NCBI GenBank assembly: GCA_965220745.1
Contig: CBDCQT010000006.1
Coordinates: 64,001-128,000, forward strand
Reading direction: 5' to 3'
Source of the DNA: Alphaproteobacteria bacterium
GTDB lineage: Bacteria; Pseudomonadota; Alphaproteobacteria; UBA828
Length of the DNA stretch: 64,000 bases
A program made the position numbers and the translations under genes. A model generated the notes under the pieces. That model did not search any database. It was not told the DNA's origin and worked only from the letters and a program-made list of their open reading frames with translations. Below are positions 1 through 13,900 of the stretch, in pieces (position 1 is the first letter of the stretch; each line of letters opens with the position of its first letter).

Positions 1-2
1 CG

Positions 3-3000
3 GGCGCCGGGGCCATCGTGCTGAACGGACGCCGCCCGCCCGACACGGAAACCGAGGCGCTGATCGCGGAGCTCCGGCAGGGCAGCGCCGAGGTGCGCGT
101 CGAGATCGCCGACGTCACGGACGAGGAGGCGGTGGCGGGGATGCTCGCGCGGATCGACGCCGAGCTGCCGCCGCTGGCGGGCGTGATCCACAGCGTGGGC
201 GCGCTCGCCGACGGGGCATTGACGAACCAAGACTGGGAGCGCTTCGAGCGGGTGCTGGGACCCAAGGCGCTGGGGGCCTGGCGGCTGCACCGGGCGACGC
301 TCGACCGGCAGCTCGACCTGTTCGTCCTCTTCTCCAGCCTGGCGGGCGTGGTCGGAAACCGCGGGCAGGCCAACCACGCGGCGGCCAACGCCTTCCTAGA
401 CCAACTGGCGCGGCACCGCAGGGCGCTGGGCCTGCCGGGCCAGGCCATTGCCTGGGGCGCGTGGTCAGGCATCGGCGAGGCCGAGGAGCAGCGCGAGCGC
501 ATCGCGCCGCGGCTGGCCGACTCGGCCGAGGAGTGGATGTCTCCCGAGCAGGGCATCGGCGCCTTGGCGCGGCTCGTGCGCGAGGATGTCGGGACCAGCG
601 TGGCGGCGTTTGTCGACTGGGCGGCGCTTCCGTCGCGGGCACCCTGGTTCGCAGAAGTGGCGGGGCGCGAAGAGGGCCGCTCTTCCGCCGTGCCGGACGA
701 TCTCCTCAAGCGGCTCGCGGGGCTCGCCCCCGGGCAGCGCCGGGAAGAACTGATGCGGTTCCTCGGGGAACAGCTGGTCGAGATTCTGCGACTGCGCTCC
801 GTGCCTCTGCCCTCGGCGGGATTCTTCGAGCTGGGCATGGACTCGCTGATGGCGGTGGAGCTTCGCAACCGCCTGAACCGGGCCTTCCGCGGCGCGTTCG
901 TCGTCTCCAACACCGCGGTGTTCGACCATCCCGACATCGCCCGCCTGGCGGAACACCTTGCCGGCAAGCTAGCCGGCGCGGTGCCGGAGGTGCCGCGGCT
1001 GCAAGCCTTGCCCGCCGTCCGGACCCGCGGCGACGAACGCATCGCGATCGTGGGCATGGCCTGCCGCTTCCCCGGGGCGGAAGATGCCGAGGCGTTCTGG
1101 GCGCAGCTTCGCTCCGGCGCCGACTTGGTAACGAGGGGGCGTCCGGACGGGCTCTTCGTGGATGCGGAGACGGAGGCAGCGCGGCCCTTCGGCGCCTACG
1201 TGGAAGGCCTCGACCGCTTCGACGCGGGCTTTTTCCGGATCGCCCCGGTCGAGGCGGAGCTGCTGGATCCCCAGCAGCGGATGCTGCTAGAGACCAGCTG
1301 GGCGGCGCTAGAGGACGCCGGGATCGCCCCGGACGGGCTGCGCGGCAGCCGGACCGGGGTGTACGGCGGGGTCTCGATGATCGACTACCAGACCCTCGTC
1401 GCCGGACGGCGGGGCGATCCGGGGACGGACATTTTCAGGGCCACCGGCGCTACCCCGTCGGCTGCGGTCGGCCGGGTCGCCTTCGCGCTCGGCCTCGAGG
1501 GTCCGGCCATCACGGTGGACACCGCGTGTTCGTCGTCGCTGGTCGCTCTGCACCAAGCCGCAGCGGCGCTACGCGCGGGTGAAGCAGACCTAGCGCTGGC
1601 GGGAGGCGTGAACGCGATCTTGAGAGCAGAGCCCACCAAGCTCATGACCGACGCCGGCATGCTCGCAGCGGATGGACGCTGCAAGACCTTCGACTCTGCG
1701 GCCGACGGCTTCGTAAGGGGCGAGGGATGCGGGATCGTTGTGCTCAAGCGCCTTGCGGACGCAGAGGCGGCAGGAGACCGAATCTTGGCGATTGTGCTCG
1801 GATCGGCGGTGAACCAAGACGGCGCGAGCGCCGGCTTCACAGTTCCAAACGGCCCGGCCCAGGAGCGGGTGATCGAAGAGGCGCTCGCGCGGACGGGTGT
1901 GGAGGCCGCCTCGGTCGACTACCTAGAGGCGCACGGCACGGGCACCGAGCTGGGTGATCCCGTCGAAGTGGCGGCGGCGGCAGCGGTGTACGGCCGCGGC
2001 CGGAGCGCGGACCGCCCGCTGCTGGTTGGGTCGGTGAAGACAAACGTGGGCCACCTCGAGGCGGCGGCGGGCGTGGCCGGGCTGATCAAGACGGTGCTCG
2101 CGATCCGTTCCGGGGTGATTCCGCGCCACCTGCACTTCAAGCGGCCCAACCCGCGGACGGACTGGGAGAACCTTCCGGTCCGAGTGACATCGGAGCCGAC
2201 TCCTTGGCCGGAGGCGGAGCGGCCGCGGCGAGCCGCCGTCAGTTCGTTCGGATACTCGGGCACCAACGCCCACGTCGTGATCGAGGGATACGCCGAGGAG
2301 CGCGAACCGCCGCGCATCGAGCTGCCCGCGCCGCCGGAGTCGGGTGCGGATGACCGCGTCCCGCAGGCCGAGGCTCCCCGCCAGCATCGCCTGCTCCCGC
2401 TGTCCGCCAAATCCGAGGGAGCGCTTCGTCAGCTGGCCGGCCGCTACCAAGCCGCCCTCTCGGAAGACATGCCGCTCGCCGACATGGCGTGGACGGCGGG
2501 GGTGGGGCGGAGCCATTTCCGCTACCGCGCCGGCCTCGTGTTCCAAGACCGGGCCTCGCTGGCGGAGCAGCTGGAGGTGGTGAGGCAGGGTGCCGCGGTG
2601 TCGCCTCCCGCTGGAAAGATCGCCTTCCTTTACACCGGCCAGGGCAGCCAGTGGGCGGGCATGGGTCGGGACCTCTATGAGACCGAGCCGGTCTTCCGGG
2701 CAGTTCTGGAGCGGTGCGAGGAGGTCTTCCGAGCAGAGCGCGGCAGATCGCTTCTAACAGTGATCTTCGAGGATGCCGGGCGGCTGGACTGCACCGAGTG
2801 GACGCAGCCTGCGCTCTACGCGCTGGAGAGCGGGCTGACGGCGTTGTGGGCCAGCGTGGGAGTGCGGCCCGATGTCGTGTTCGGGCACAGCGTGGGAGAG
2901 ATCGCGGCCGCCGCGGCCGCCGGTGCCTTTGATCTCGAGAGCGGGATGCGGTTCGCCACGCGCCGGGGGGCGCTGATGGGTTCGCTTCCCGATGGAGGTG

Positions 3001-6000
3001 CGATGGCGGCAGTGTTCGCCTCGCGCGACCGCGTCACAGCCGCGCTGGAAGGTGCGGTGTCGCTGGCAGCGGACAACGGCGCGCACCAAGTCGTGAGCGG
3101 GCCGGAGGCCGACATCGAGGCGCTCCTGAAGCGCTTCGAAGAGGACGGACTGCGAGTGGAGCGTCTGCGGACCAGCCACGCCTTCCACAGCGAACTGATG
3201 GAGCCGGTGCTGGCGGAACTGGAAGCAACGGCCCCCAGTGCCTCGGCACCGTCGGTGCGGTTAGTGAGCAATCTGAGCGGGAGGACGCTGGAAGGCGTCC
3301 CCGACGGAGCCTACTGGCGGCGGCAGGCGCGCGAGCCAGTACAGTTCGCGACGGCGGTGGGGACGCTGGCGGAACTGGAGACAGCGCTTCTGCTGGAGAT
3401 CGGGCCGCATGGCGTGCTGGGGCCGATGGCGGCGCTCGCTTGGCCACAGGCCAAGGTACCCTCCATGGTTCCGAGCCAACGGCGCGACGGGAATGGGGAC
3501 TTTGCCCGCGCGGTGGCAGCTGCATACGAGGCGGGTCTCGACATTGCCTTCGATGGCCTGTTTGTCGGGGAGCGGCGGCGGCGGGTCTCGCTGCCCGCCT
3601 ATCCCTTCCAGCGGGAGCGTTACTGGACCTCGGCTTCCCCGCAGCGGCAGTTGGAGGCGGGGCATGCGCTGCTCGGCGTGCAGCGAGATTTCCCGGATGG
3701 CGAGCACTCCTTCGAGCGGCAGCTGCACAGCCGGGATCCGGCTTGGCTGGCAGACCACCGGGTGTTCGGAAACGTTGTAGCGCCGAGTGCGCTTTACGTC
3801 GCGCAGGTGGCCGAGGCGCTTCGCGAAACGCACCACGAACTTCCGATCGTCCTCGAGGAGACCACGCTCACGCGACCGCTGGTGCTGTCGGGCGAGGAGG
3901 GCCGACTGACTCAGGTGATGCTCGGCGGGGACGGCGCTTGGAAGGTCGTCAGCAGGGATGCGGGCGGGCGATGGGAAAAGCACGCCGAAGGCCGCTGGGC
4001 ACCGCTCACCGCAGCCGCGTCCGCGGCAACGGACCTCGGCGCGCTACGGGACGGCCTCGCCCAGGCGGATGTGGAAGAGGGATACCTCAAGCTGGGTGCT
4101 GCCGGCCTCGAATACGGTCCGGCCTTCCGCGGTCTGACCCGGCTCTGGTCGGGCTCCGGCGAGGTGCTGGGCGAGGTGCTGCTGCCAGCGGGAATGGAAA
4201 TTCAGGACCTGCTCGCGCATCCGGCTCTGCTCGACGCCTGTTTCCGGGTGCTGGGTACCACGACCACGGAACTGCACGGAGCCGGGGACACATGGCTGCC
4301 GATCGGCTGGGAGCGCTTCGTCCTGCGCGACGCGCTGCCGGAGCGCGTCTTCTGCCGGGCACTCGACCGCGGCAAGGGCGAGCAGCCACGCACACGCAAG
4401 GCAGACCTCTGGCTTTATGCCGAGACCGGCGAGGAGCTGGCGCGTATCGAGGGCTTCGCGCTCAGACAGGCGAGCCAGTCGGCGCTGTCGGGTGACCCGG
4501 TAGAGGAGGTGCTGCACGAGGTGGTGTGGCGCGAGGGGGCAGAGGCCGGACTTCGGGAGGCGGAATTCCTCGCCGGACCGGAAGAGATCGCTTCCGGTCT
4601 GGGAGGGTTGGACAGATACCTCGACGCGGAAGGTCGCAACGGTGCGTCTCTCTTCTCCCTAGGACACGAGCTGGAGCGTGCGTCGCAGTGGCAGCTGCTG
4701 AGCGGATTCCGGGAGCTGGGATGGGAGCCTAAGCCGGGAGACCGTTTCGAGACCGACGAGTTGCGCCGCCAGCTGAGGGTGACGGAGGATCACGCGCGGC
4801 TGTTCGTCCGGTTGCTATCGGTGCTGGAGGAGATGGGGCTCCTCGACCGGGAGCCGACTGGCGGCTGGCGCGTGGCAGCGGCACCGGACACGCCTTCCGA
4901 GCCCGAGGCGGGACTGGCCGATTCCATCGAGCTGGGCTTGCTCCGCCGCTGCGGGGAATCGCTCGCCGACGTGCTCCGCGGGCGCGCCGATGCGCTGGAC
5001 TTGCTCTTCGGCGGCGAGCCCGGAGCGGCGAGCCTGTACCGCGACTCGCCCGCCATGCGGGCGCTGAACCGCATGGCCGCCGACGCCGTGCGCGCGGCGG
5101 TCGCCGCGCTGCCGGAAGGCCGGTCGCTGCGGGTGATCGAGGTCGGTGCAGGGACGGGCGCGACCACCTCCGCCGTCCTAGACATCCTGCCGTCCGACCG
5201 AACCGAATACACCTTCACGGACATCTCGACCGGCTTCTTCCCGGACGCGGAGCGGAAGTTCGGCGAGCGGGGCGTGGACCTTCGCCTCCTAGCGCTTGAC
5301 ATCGAACGGGATCCGGCGGATCAGGGGTTCGCGCACCACGGCTACGACCTCGTAATTGCCGCGAACGTCCTGCACGCGACCCGCGACTTAGCTGAAACGC
5401 TCACCCACTGTCGGCGGCTCTTGGCCCCGTCGGGCGTACTGGTGGCCGTCGAGGAAACCGTCCGGAAGCAATGGCTGGACCTGACCTTCGGACTGCTGCC
5501 CGGCTGGTGGCGCTTCCGGGACGAGTATCGCTCCGACTACGCACTGGTCCCAGCCCCTGTCTGGCACCAAGCCCTCGCCGACACCGGATTCGTCGGGATG
5601 TCTCACGTCGAGCTTCCGTCAGGGGCGCTCCTGCTCTTGGCGCGGGGGCCGTCGGAGGTGCAGGCTAGACCGGGTCGTTTTGTGCTGGCTGGAGCGGGAG
5701 CATTCCCCGAAGCACTCGAGAGAGAACTCCGCGAGCGGGGACAGGATGTGGTGCCGGGCCCGGCGGATGGGCGACGGACGTCATGGCGATCGTTCTTCAG
5801 GACGCTGGACGGCGAGGTGCCGCTGTGGGGCGTGGTGCATTTGGAAGGCATGCGGCGAGATGCGGCGAAGCTTTCGACCGCAGATCTGGCAGGGGACGCG
5901 GAGGAGATCGGGGCGAGCGCTCTGGCGCTGGTCCAAGGCATGTCGGACGCCGGCGCGGCACCCGTGAACGGCACTTGGTTCGTGACCCGAGGTGGTCAGG

Positions 6001-9000
6001 TGATCGACCGGGAGCGCTCCGGCGCCCTCCCCGGAGCCATGCTCTGGGGCTTCGCGAGCGTGGTGGACTTGGAGCATGGGGATCTGACCCCCCGCCTGCT
6101 GGACCTGGACCCCGAGGCCCCCCCGTCCGCCAGCGCGCTGGCCGACGAGTTGCTCTTCCCGGACCGGGAGACGCGCGTCGCCCGACGGGGCGGAGCCCGA
6201 CTGGTCGCTCGGCTCACGCGCGTCGCCCGACGGGGCGAACTCCCGGAGGACAATGCGTGGCGCTGGGCGGCCGATCCGGATGGAGTACTCGACGCGGTGC
6301 GAATGGAGGATGCCTCGGAGGAGCCTGGTCCAGGCGAGGTTCGGGTGCGGCTCGAGGCGGCCGGGGTGAACTTCCACGACGTAATGGTGGGGATGCAGGT
6401 CGTGGACGCCGATCAGCGGCTTGGCAGCGAGTTGTGTGGCCGGGTGGTGGAGGCAGGTGAAGGTGTGCGCGAATTCCAAGCAGGGGACCGGGTGGTGGGA
6501 TTCGCCGGCGGAGCGTTCGGGCCCGAGGTGATCACCCGCGCCGAACACGTGGTGCCGTCACCGCCAAGGCATTCGGCGGCGGAGTTGGCAACCATCCCGG
6601 TGGCATTCGTGACCGCAGCACTTGCCTTCGAGCATTCGGGTCTCGGAACGGGCGCACGGATTCTGATCCATGCGGGAACGGGAGGCGTGGGTCACGCGGC
6701 GATCCGGCTGGCACGAGCTGCGGGACTCGAGGTGTACGCGACTGCCAGCGCACCGAAGCAGGAGTACCTGCGCTCGCTCGGTGTGCAGGCGGTGTTCGAC
6801 AGCCGCTCCACCGCCTTCGGCAAGCAGATCTTGGAAGCGACCGGAGGAGCCGGAGTGGCGATGGTGCTGAACAGCCTCTCCGGGGAGGGTTTCATTGAGG
6901 CCAGCCTGTCGTGTCTCGCGCCAGGCGGATGCTTCGTCGAACTCGGGAAGCGCAACATCCGCAGCGCAGGCGAGATGGCGGCCGACCGCCCGGACGTCCG
7001 TTACCTCGTCGTGGCGCTGGACCGGCTCCTGCGGGAGGAACCGGAGCGGCTCGGGACAGTTCTGAAGGGCGTGATGGAGCGCGTCGCGTCGGGGGAGATC
7101 GAACCGCTGCCAGTCACCCGCTGGCCGCTCGCGGAGGCGGGCAGCGCGCTCACCGAGTTGCAGGCGGCTCGCCATATCGGGAAGGTCGTGCTCGTGCCCT
7201 CGGCGCTGGCTGCGGGCCGGCTGCGCGGGGACCGGAGCTATCTGATCACGGGGGGGCTCGGAGGGCTCGGGCTGGAGGTGGCGCGCTGGCTTGCCGCAGC
7301 CGGAGCGGGGAGCATTGTCCTGAACGGACGCCGTCCGCCGGACACGGCAGCCGCAGGTGCCGTTGCGAAGCTGCGTGAGGGCGGTGCCGAGGTGCGCGTG
7401 GAGATCGCCGACGTGACGGACGAGGAGGCGGTGGCGGAGATGCTCGCGCGGATCGACGCCGAGCTGCCGCCGCTGGCGGGCGTGATCCACAGCGTGGGAG
7501 CGCTCGCCGACGCGGCCTTGACGAACCAAGACTGGGAGCGCTTCGAACGCGTGCTCGGGCCCAAAGCACTGGGGGCTTGGCGACTGCACCGCGCGACGCT
7601 CGACCGGGAGCTCGATCTGTTCGTCCTCTTCTCCAGCCTGGCGGGCGTGGTCGGGAGCCCGGGCCAAGCCAATCACGCGGCAGCCAACGCCTTCCTCGAC
7701 CAGCTGGCGCGGCACCGAAGGGCGCTGGGCCTGCCGGGTCAGGCCGTTGCGTGGGGACCGTGGTCGGGCATCGGCGAGGCCGAGGAGCAGCGCGAACGGA
7801 TCGCGGCGGGGCTCCCCCTCCACGGCGAGGAGTGGATCGCTCCCGAGCAGGGCATCCTCGCTTTGGCACGGCTCGTGCGCGAGGACGTCGGAACCAGTGT
7901 GGTGGCGTCCGTCGATTGGCCCACGCTCTCGGCGCGAGCACCTTGGCTCGCAGAAGTGCAGGGATCCTCGGAGATCCGCTCCTCCGGAGATCCGGAGGAC
8001 CTGATACGCCAGCTCCGGGGACTCGCGCCCGGGGAACGCCGGGAAGAACTGATCCGGTTCCTGCAAGAACAACTGGTCCAGATCCTGCGCCTGCGCTCGG
8101 CCCCGTCGCCCTCGGCGGGATTCTTCGAGCTGGGCATGGACTCGCTGATGGCGGTCGAGCTTCGCAACCGCCTGAACCGGGCCTTCCGCGGCGCGTTCGT
8201 CGTCTCCAACACCGCGGTCTTCGATCATCCCGACATCGCCCGTCTGGCCGAACACCTTGCAGGCAAGCTTCCCGGTGCGTCACCGGAGCCAGCGCGGGTG
8301 CGGGCCTTGCCCGCCGTCCGCCACCAACACGACAAACGTATCGCGATCATCGGCATGGCCTGCCGCTTCCCCGGGGCACCGGATGCCGAGGCGTTCTGGA
8401 AGCAGCTTCGCGCCGGAGCTGATTTGGTGACGAGGGGGCGTCCAGACGGGCTTTTCGTGGATGCCGAGACAGAAGCGGCCCGCCACTTCGGCGCGTATGT
8501 GGAGGGTCTCGACCGCTTCGACGCGGGGTTTTTCCGGATCGCCCCGGTCGAGGTGGAACTGCTAGACCCCCAGCAGCGGATGCTGCTCGAGACAAGCTGG
8601 ACGGCACTTGAGGACGCCGGGATCGCGCCGGACGGTCTGCGCGGCAGCCGAACGGGGGTCTACGGCGGGATCTCGACAAACGATTTTCACGCGCTCGTCA
8701 GCCAGACGGTTGGTGATCCGTCGACGATCCTCTACAGGTCCACCGGTGTCTCCTTCTCGACCGCGATCGGCCGGATCGCCTTCGCGCTCGGCCTCGAGGG
8801 TCCTGCCATCACGGTGGACACCGCGTGCTCGTCGTCGCTGGTCGCGCTGCATCAGGCGGCGGCGGCGCTCCGCGCAGGCGAGGCGGATCTCGCGCTGGCA
8901 GGCGGAGTGAACGCGATCCTGACGTCGAGCGCCACCAGGATCTTCACTGAGGCCGGCATGCTCGCCGCGGATGGACGTTGCAAGACCTTCGACGCGGCGG

Positions 9001-10925
9001 CCGACGGCTTTGTGCGCGGCGAGGGATGCGGCATGGTTGTGCTGAAGCGCCTTGCAGACGCGGAGGCGGCGGGAGACCGGATCCTCGCGGTTGTGCTCGG
9101 ATCGGCTGTGAACCAAGACGGCGCGAGTGCCGGCCTGACCGTGCCGAACGGCCCGGCCCAGGAGCGGGTGATCGAGGAGGCGCTTGTGCGGGCGGGCATC
9201 GAGGCCTCCTCGGTGGACTATCTGGAGGCGCACGGCACGGGCACCGAACTGGGCGATCCGATCGAGGTGGAGGCGGCGGCTGCCGTGTACGGCCGCGACC
9301 GGGATCTGAACCGCCCCCTGCTGATCGGGTCCGTGAAGACGAACGTGGGCCACTTGGAGGCTGCGTCCGGCGTGGCCGGGCTGATCAAGACGGTGCTCGC
9401 GATCCGCTCTGGCCTGATTCCGCGACACCTACACTTCGAGCGGCCCAACCCCCAGATGGACTGGGAGCAACTTCCTGTCCGGGTGACGTCGGAACCGACC
9501 CCCTGGCCGGAGGCCGAGCGGCTGCGGCGGGCCGCCGTCAGCTCCTTCGGGTACTCGGGCACCAACGCCCATGTCGTGATCGAGGGATACGCCGAAGAGC
9601 GCGAGCCGCCCCGCATCGAGCTGCCCGCGCTGCCGGAGTCGGGTGCAGATGACCGCGTCCCGCAGGCCGACGCGCCCCGCCAGCATCGGCTGCTCCCGCT
9701 CTCGGCGAAGTCCGAGGGCGCGCTTCGTCAGCTGGCCGGCCGCTATCGAGCCGCCCTCTCGGAAGACATGCCGCTCGCCGACATGGCCTGGACAGCGGGG
9801 GTGGGGCGGAGCCATTTCCGCTACCGCTCCGGCCTCGTATTCCAAGACCGGGCCTCGCTGGCAGAGCAGCTGGAAGTGGTGAGCCAGGGGGCCGCGGCGT
9901 CGCCCAGCGCGGGAAGGGTCGCCTTCCTTTACACCGGCCAGGGCAGCCAGTGGGCGGGCATGGGCCGGGAGCTTTATGCGACCGAGCCGGTCTTCCGAGC
10001 GGTTCTAGACCGGTGCGAAGAGGTCTTCCGAGCAGAGCGCGGCAGATCTCTTCTCACCGTGATCTTCGAGGATTCCGAGCGGCTGGAGCGGACCGAATGG
10101 ACGCAGCCGGCACTCTACGCGCTGGAGAGCGGGCTTACGGCTTTGTGGGCCAGCGTCGGGGTGCAGCCCGATGTCGTGTTCGGGCACAGCGTGGGAGAGA
10201 TCGCGGCGGCCGCGGCCGCCGGTGCCTTTGACCTCGAGACCGGGATGCGGTTCGCCACGCGCCGGAGCGCGCTGATGGGTTCGCTTCCCGATGGAGGTGC
10301 GATGGCGGCGGTGTTCGCCACGCGCGACCGCGTCACAGCCGCGCTGGAAGGTGCGGTGTCGCTGGCAGCGGACAACGGCGCGCACCAAGTCGTGAGCGGG
10401 CCGGCGGCCGACATCGAGGCGCTCCTGAAGCGCTTCGAAAAGGACGGTCTGCGAGTGGAGCGACTGCGGACCAGCCACGCCTTCCACAGCGCGCTGATGG
10501 AGCCAGTGCTGGCGGATCTGGAAGCGGCGACCCCCAAGGCCTCGGCCCCATCGGTGCGGTTGGTGAGCGATGTGAGCGGGCGCGTGCTGGAAGGCGCACC
10601 CGACGGAGCGTACTGGCGGCGTCAGGCGCGCGAGCCGGTCGCCTTCGCCGCCTCGACCGCAACGCTGGCGGAACTCGGAGCCCGGATCTTGGTTGAGATC
10701 GGCCCCGACGCCGTGCTTGGGCCGATGGCGGCGATGACGTGGCCCGAGGGCGAATCCCCAACGGTGGTGCGGAGCCTGCGACGGGATGGCAGCGGGGACT
10801 TCACTGCCGCGGCGGGCGCGATGTTTGAGGCCGGAGTCGACCTTTCCTTCGAGGGACTGTTCGCCGGAGAACGCCGCCGCCGAGTGGCACTCCCAACCTA
10901 TCCCTTCCAGCGCAGGCGCTACTGG
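3..10925 (+). repeat. Intragenic duplication of the KR-ACP-KS-AT block (~3-3630 vs ~7302-10925)
   Basis: Long near-identical DNA stretches at an offset of 7299 nt wherever checked, e.g. 375/7674, 2344/9643 and 3756/11055. Confidence 0.9.
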
Positions 10926-13900
10926 TTGACAACGCCGTCCCGCCGCCGGATCGACGACGGTCATCCGCTGTTGGGTGTGCGCCGGGATTCGCGAAGCGGC
11001 GAGGTCTCCTTCGAGACCCAGATGTCCGCCGGGAACCCCGCCTGGCTGGCGGACTACGTAGTCGTGGGCGAAGTGATCGCGCCGGCAGCCCTGTTCGCTG
11101 GGCAGGTGATCGAAGCACTCGGAGAGACCGGGAATGACTCGGCGGTCTTCCTGGAACAGGTTCAGATCCATCATCCCCTGGTGCTGGAGCCGGGCGACGG
11201 GCGCGGCGTCCAGGTCTTCATCGGGCCGGACGGCCGCTGGGAAGTGGCCAGCCGGGAACCTCGAGGCGGGACTTGGCAGCTTCACGCTGACGGGAGCCTA
11301 GGGAGGAGCACGGTTGAAGAGGACCGCCTAGACCTCCAGACCGTGGAGCGGCGGCTATCCGCCTCGAGCGCGGCCGACTTCCGCAACGGGATGGCACAGC
11401 AGGGCATCGTCCTGGGACCGGCCTTCGGGGGACTCTCCGCCTTCGCGGCGGACGACAAGAGCGCTTGGGGCCGGGTTACGCGCCCCGCGCAACTGGCCGG
11501 AGACCGCCTGCGGGCCCATCCGGCGCAGCTGGACGCCTGTTTTCAGGTCGTGGCGGGACTCTTGGCCGGGCGGGTCGGCAACCGCCACTATCTCCCAATC
11601 GGGTGGAGCCGCCTCTGGCTCGCCGCACCGCTGCCCGAGCAGATCTTCTGCTACGCAAGGCTCGAAGAGGTCGGGGAGGAGACGGCCACGGCGGATCTCG
11701 CCCTTTACACTCCCGATGGCGTGCGCTGCGGTCACGTGGCCGGCTTCGCGCTCAAGCGCGCCACCCGGGCAGCGATGCTGGGCGGTCGGGTGGATCACCT
11801 GCTGCACAGCGTCGTTTGGCGGCGAAGCCCCAGCCTCCCAGGCCCCCGGGAAGCGTCGACCGCGGCCGATCCAGATGCGCCCGCGACGGGTGCGCGCCCG
11901 ATGGTGCCGGCGGAGGCAGAACCGCACCGCGGCGTGTTCGTCGTGTCCGGAAACGGGGCCGTCACGGAGGAGCTCGTGCGCGAGCTTGCGGACCGGCGGC
12001 AGACCGTCGTACCCGGCCCCTCCGAAAGCGGGAATCGGCAGGCTTGGCGCGCACTCTTCGAGGCGCTTCCATCTTCAGCTCCGCTCCGCGGCGTGGCTTA
12101 CCTCGCGGGGCTCAGGGGCGACGGACAGTACCTCGGAACCGAGGAACTCCGGCAGGAGCTTGAGGCCGCCGCGTCTGGAGCTCTGGCCTTGGCGCAGGGG
12201 ATGTGGGACGCAGGAGCGCGGGCGGTGAACGGGGTCACGTTGGCAACCCGTGGAGGCCAGGTCCTAGGGGGAGAGCGCACCGGCTCCCTAGCGGGTGCCG
12301 CGCTCTGGGGCCTGGGCGGTGTGGTCGGAGTCGAGAATGCGGACCTTCGTCCTCGCTTAGTGGACTTCGATCCGGACGCGTCGATCCCGGCCGCGATCCT
12401 GGCAGACGAACTGATGTTCCCGGACCGGGAGAACCGGATTGCGTGGCGAAACGGGGTGCGCCAAGTGGCCCGTCTGGTTCGGACCGACGGACCGGGAGAC
12501 AAGGCCCAGAGTGCCCGCGGGGCGCCCCAGCCGCCGGCAAGTCGCCTGAGGCCGGACCGGAGTTACCTCGTGACTGGAGGTCACGGGGGCATCGGCCTGC
12601 AAGTGGCTGGCTGGCTGGCGGATGCAGGAGTCGGCGAGATCGTTCTAAACGGACGGCGGGAGCCGACGCGGCGGGCCCGAACGGTGATAGGGGAGTTGCG
12701 TCGGCGCGGCGTGACGGTCCGTGTGGAGGTCGCAGACCTCACCGACACGAATGCGGTTGACGCCATGCTCGCACGGGTTGACGCCGAGATGCCCCCGCTC
12801 GGCGGCATTTTCCACTGCGCGGGCGTGCTCGCCGAGGCGGCGCTCAGCGACCAAGACTGGGCACGTTTTGAGACCGCGCTAGGTCCGAAGGCTCTGTCAG
12901 CGTGGCATCTTCACCGAGCGACGCTGGATCGCGAACTTGAGCTCTTCGTGCTCTTCTCGAGCCTCTCCGGGGTGGTCGGCAGCCTCGGCCTAGCGAATTA
13001 CGCCGCGGCGAACGCGTTCCTGGACCAGCTGGCGAATCATCGCCGTGCCCTTGGGCTTGCAGGACAGGCGATCGCTTGGGGTCGTTGGTCTGAGGTCGGC
13101 ATGGCGGAGAAGCAGCGCGGCCAGAGCGAAGCGCGGCTGAACGCACTCGGAGGCAGCTGGATCGCGCCCGAACAGGGTCTCCGGATCCTCGACCGCGTGG
13201 TTCGGGACGACTTGGGGGCACGGGTCGTCGCCGACATGGGCCGATCGACGCTGCCCCGCCTTCCGCTTTTTCCGCTGCTTGACGAGATCCGTGCGTCTGA
13301 ACGGTCCCTAGTGGACACTGTGCCTGCAAAGTCTGCCGCCGCCCTCGGGCGCCTTGAGAAAGCGGCACCCGCGCAACGCGAGAAGCTCGTGGCCGATTTT
13401 CTGGGGAATGAGGTGCGGTCCCTGCTGGGACTTGATGCGCCGCCGGACCATGACGTTGCCTTCTCGGAACTCGGCATGGACTCTCTGATGGCCGTAAATC
13501 TCCGCCAACGCCTGAATGCGGCGCTGCCGCGCGAAGTGGTCTCGCCCACCGCCCTTTTCGAGCATCCCGATGTCGGCCGACTGACGGGCCACCTGATCTC
13601 CGAACTCTTCCCGGCCGGTGATTCACCGTCACCGACCCCGACCGTCTCGGAGCGACCGGATTCCGCGCATGTGTCGAGTTCCCTCCCGCGCACGCCAGGC
13701 TTAGCCCTTGCGCACGAAGGTGGTGACCGAGTCGCGAGCCCCCCACGTGCGTCGAGACCCAATATCGACGACGACCGCGTTGCAGTCGTAGGCATGGCCT
13801 GCCGACTTCCCGGCGGCACCGACCTCGCGGAATTCTGGCGCACGCTCCGCGAGGGCCGGAGCGCCGTGACCGACGGTCGGCCCGAGAAGCTCGGCGGCAC

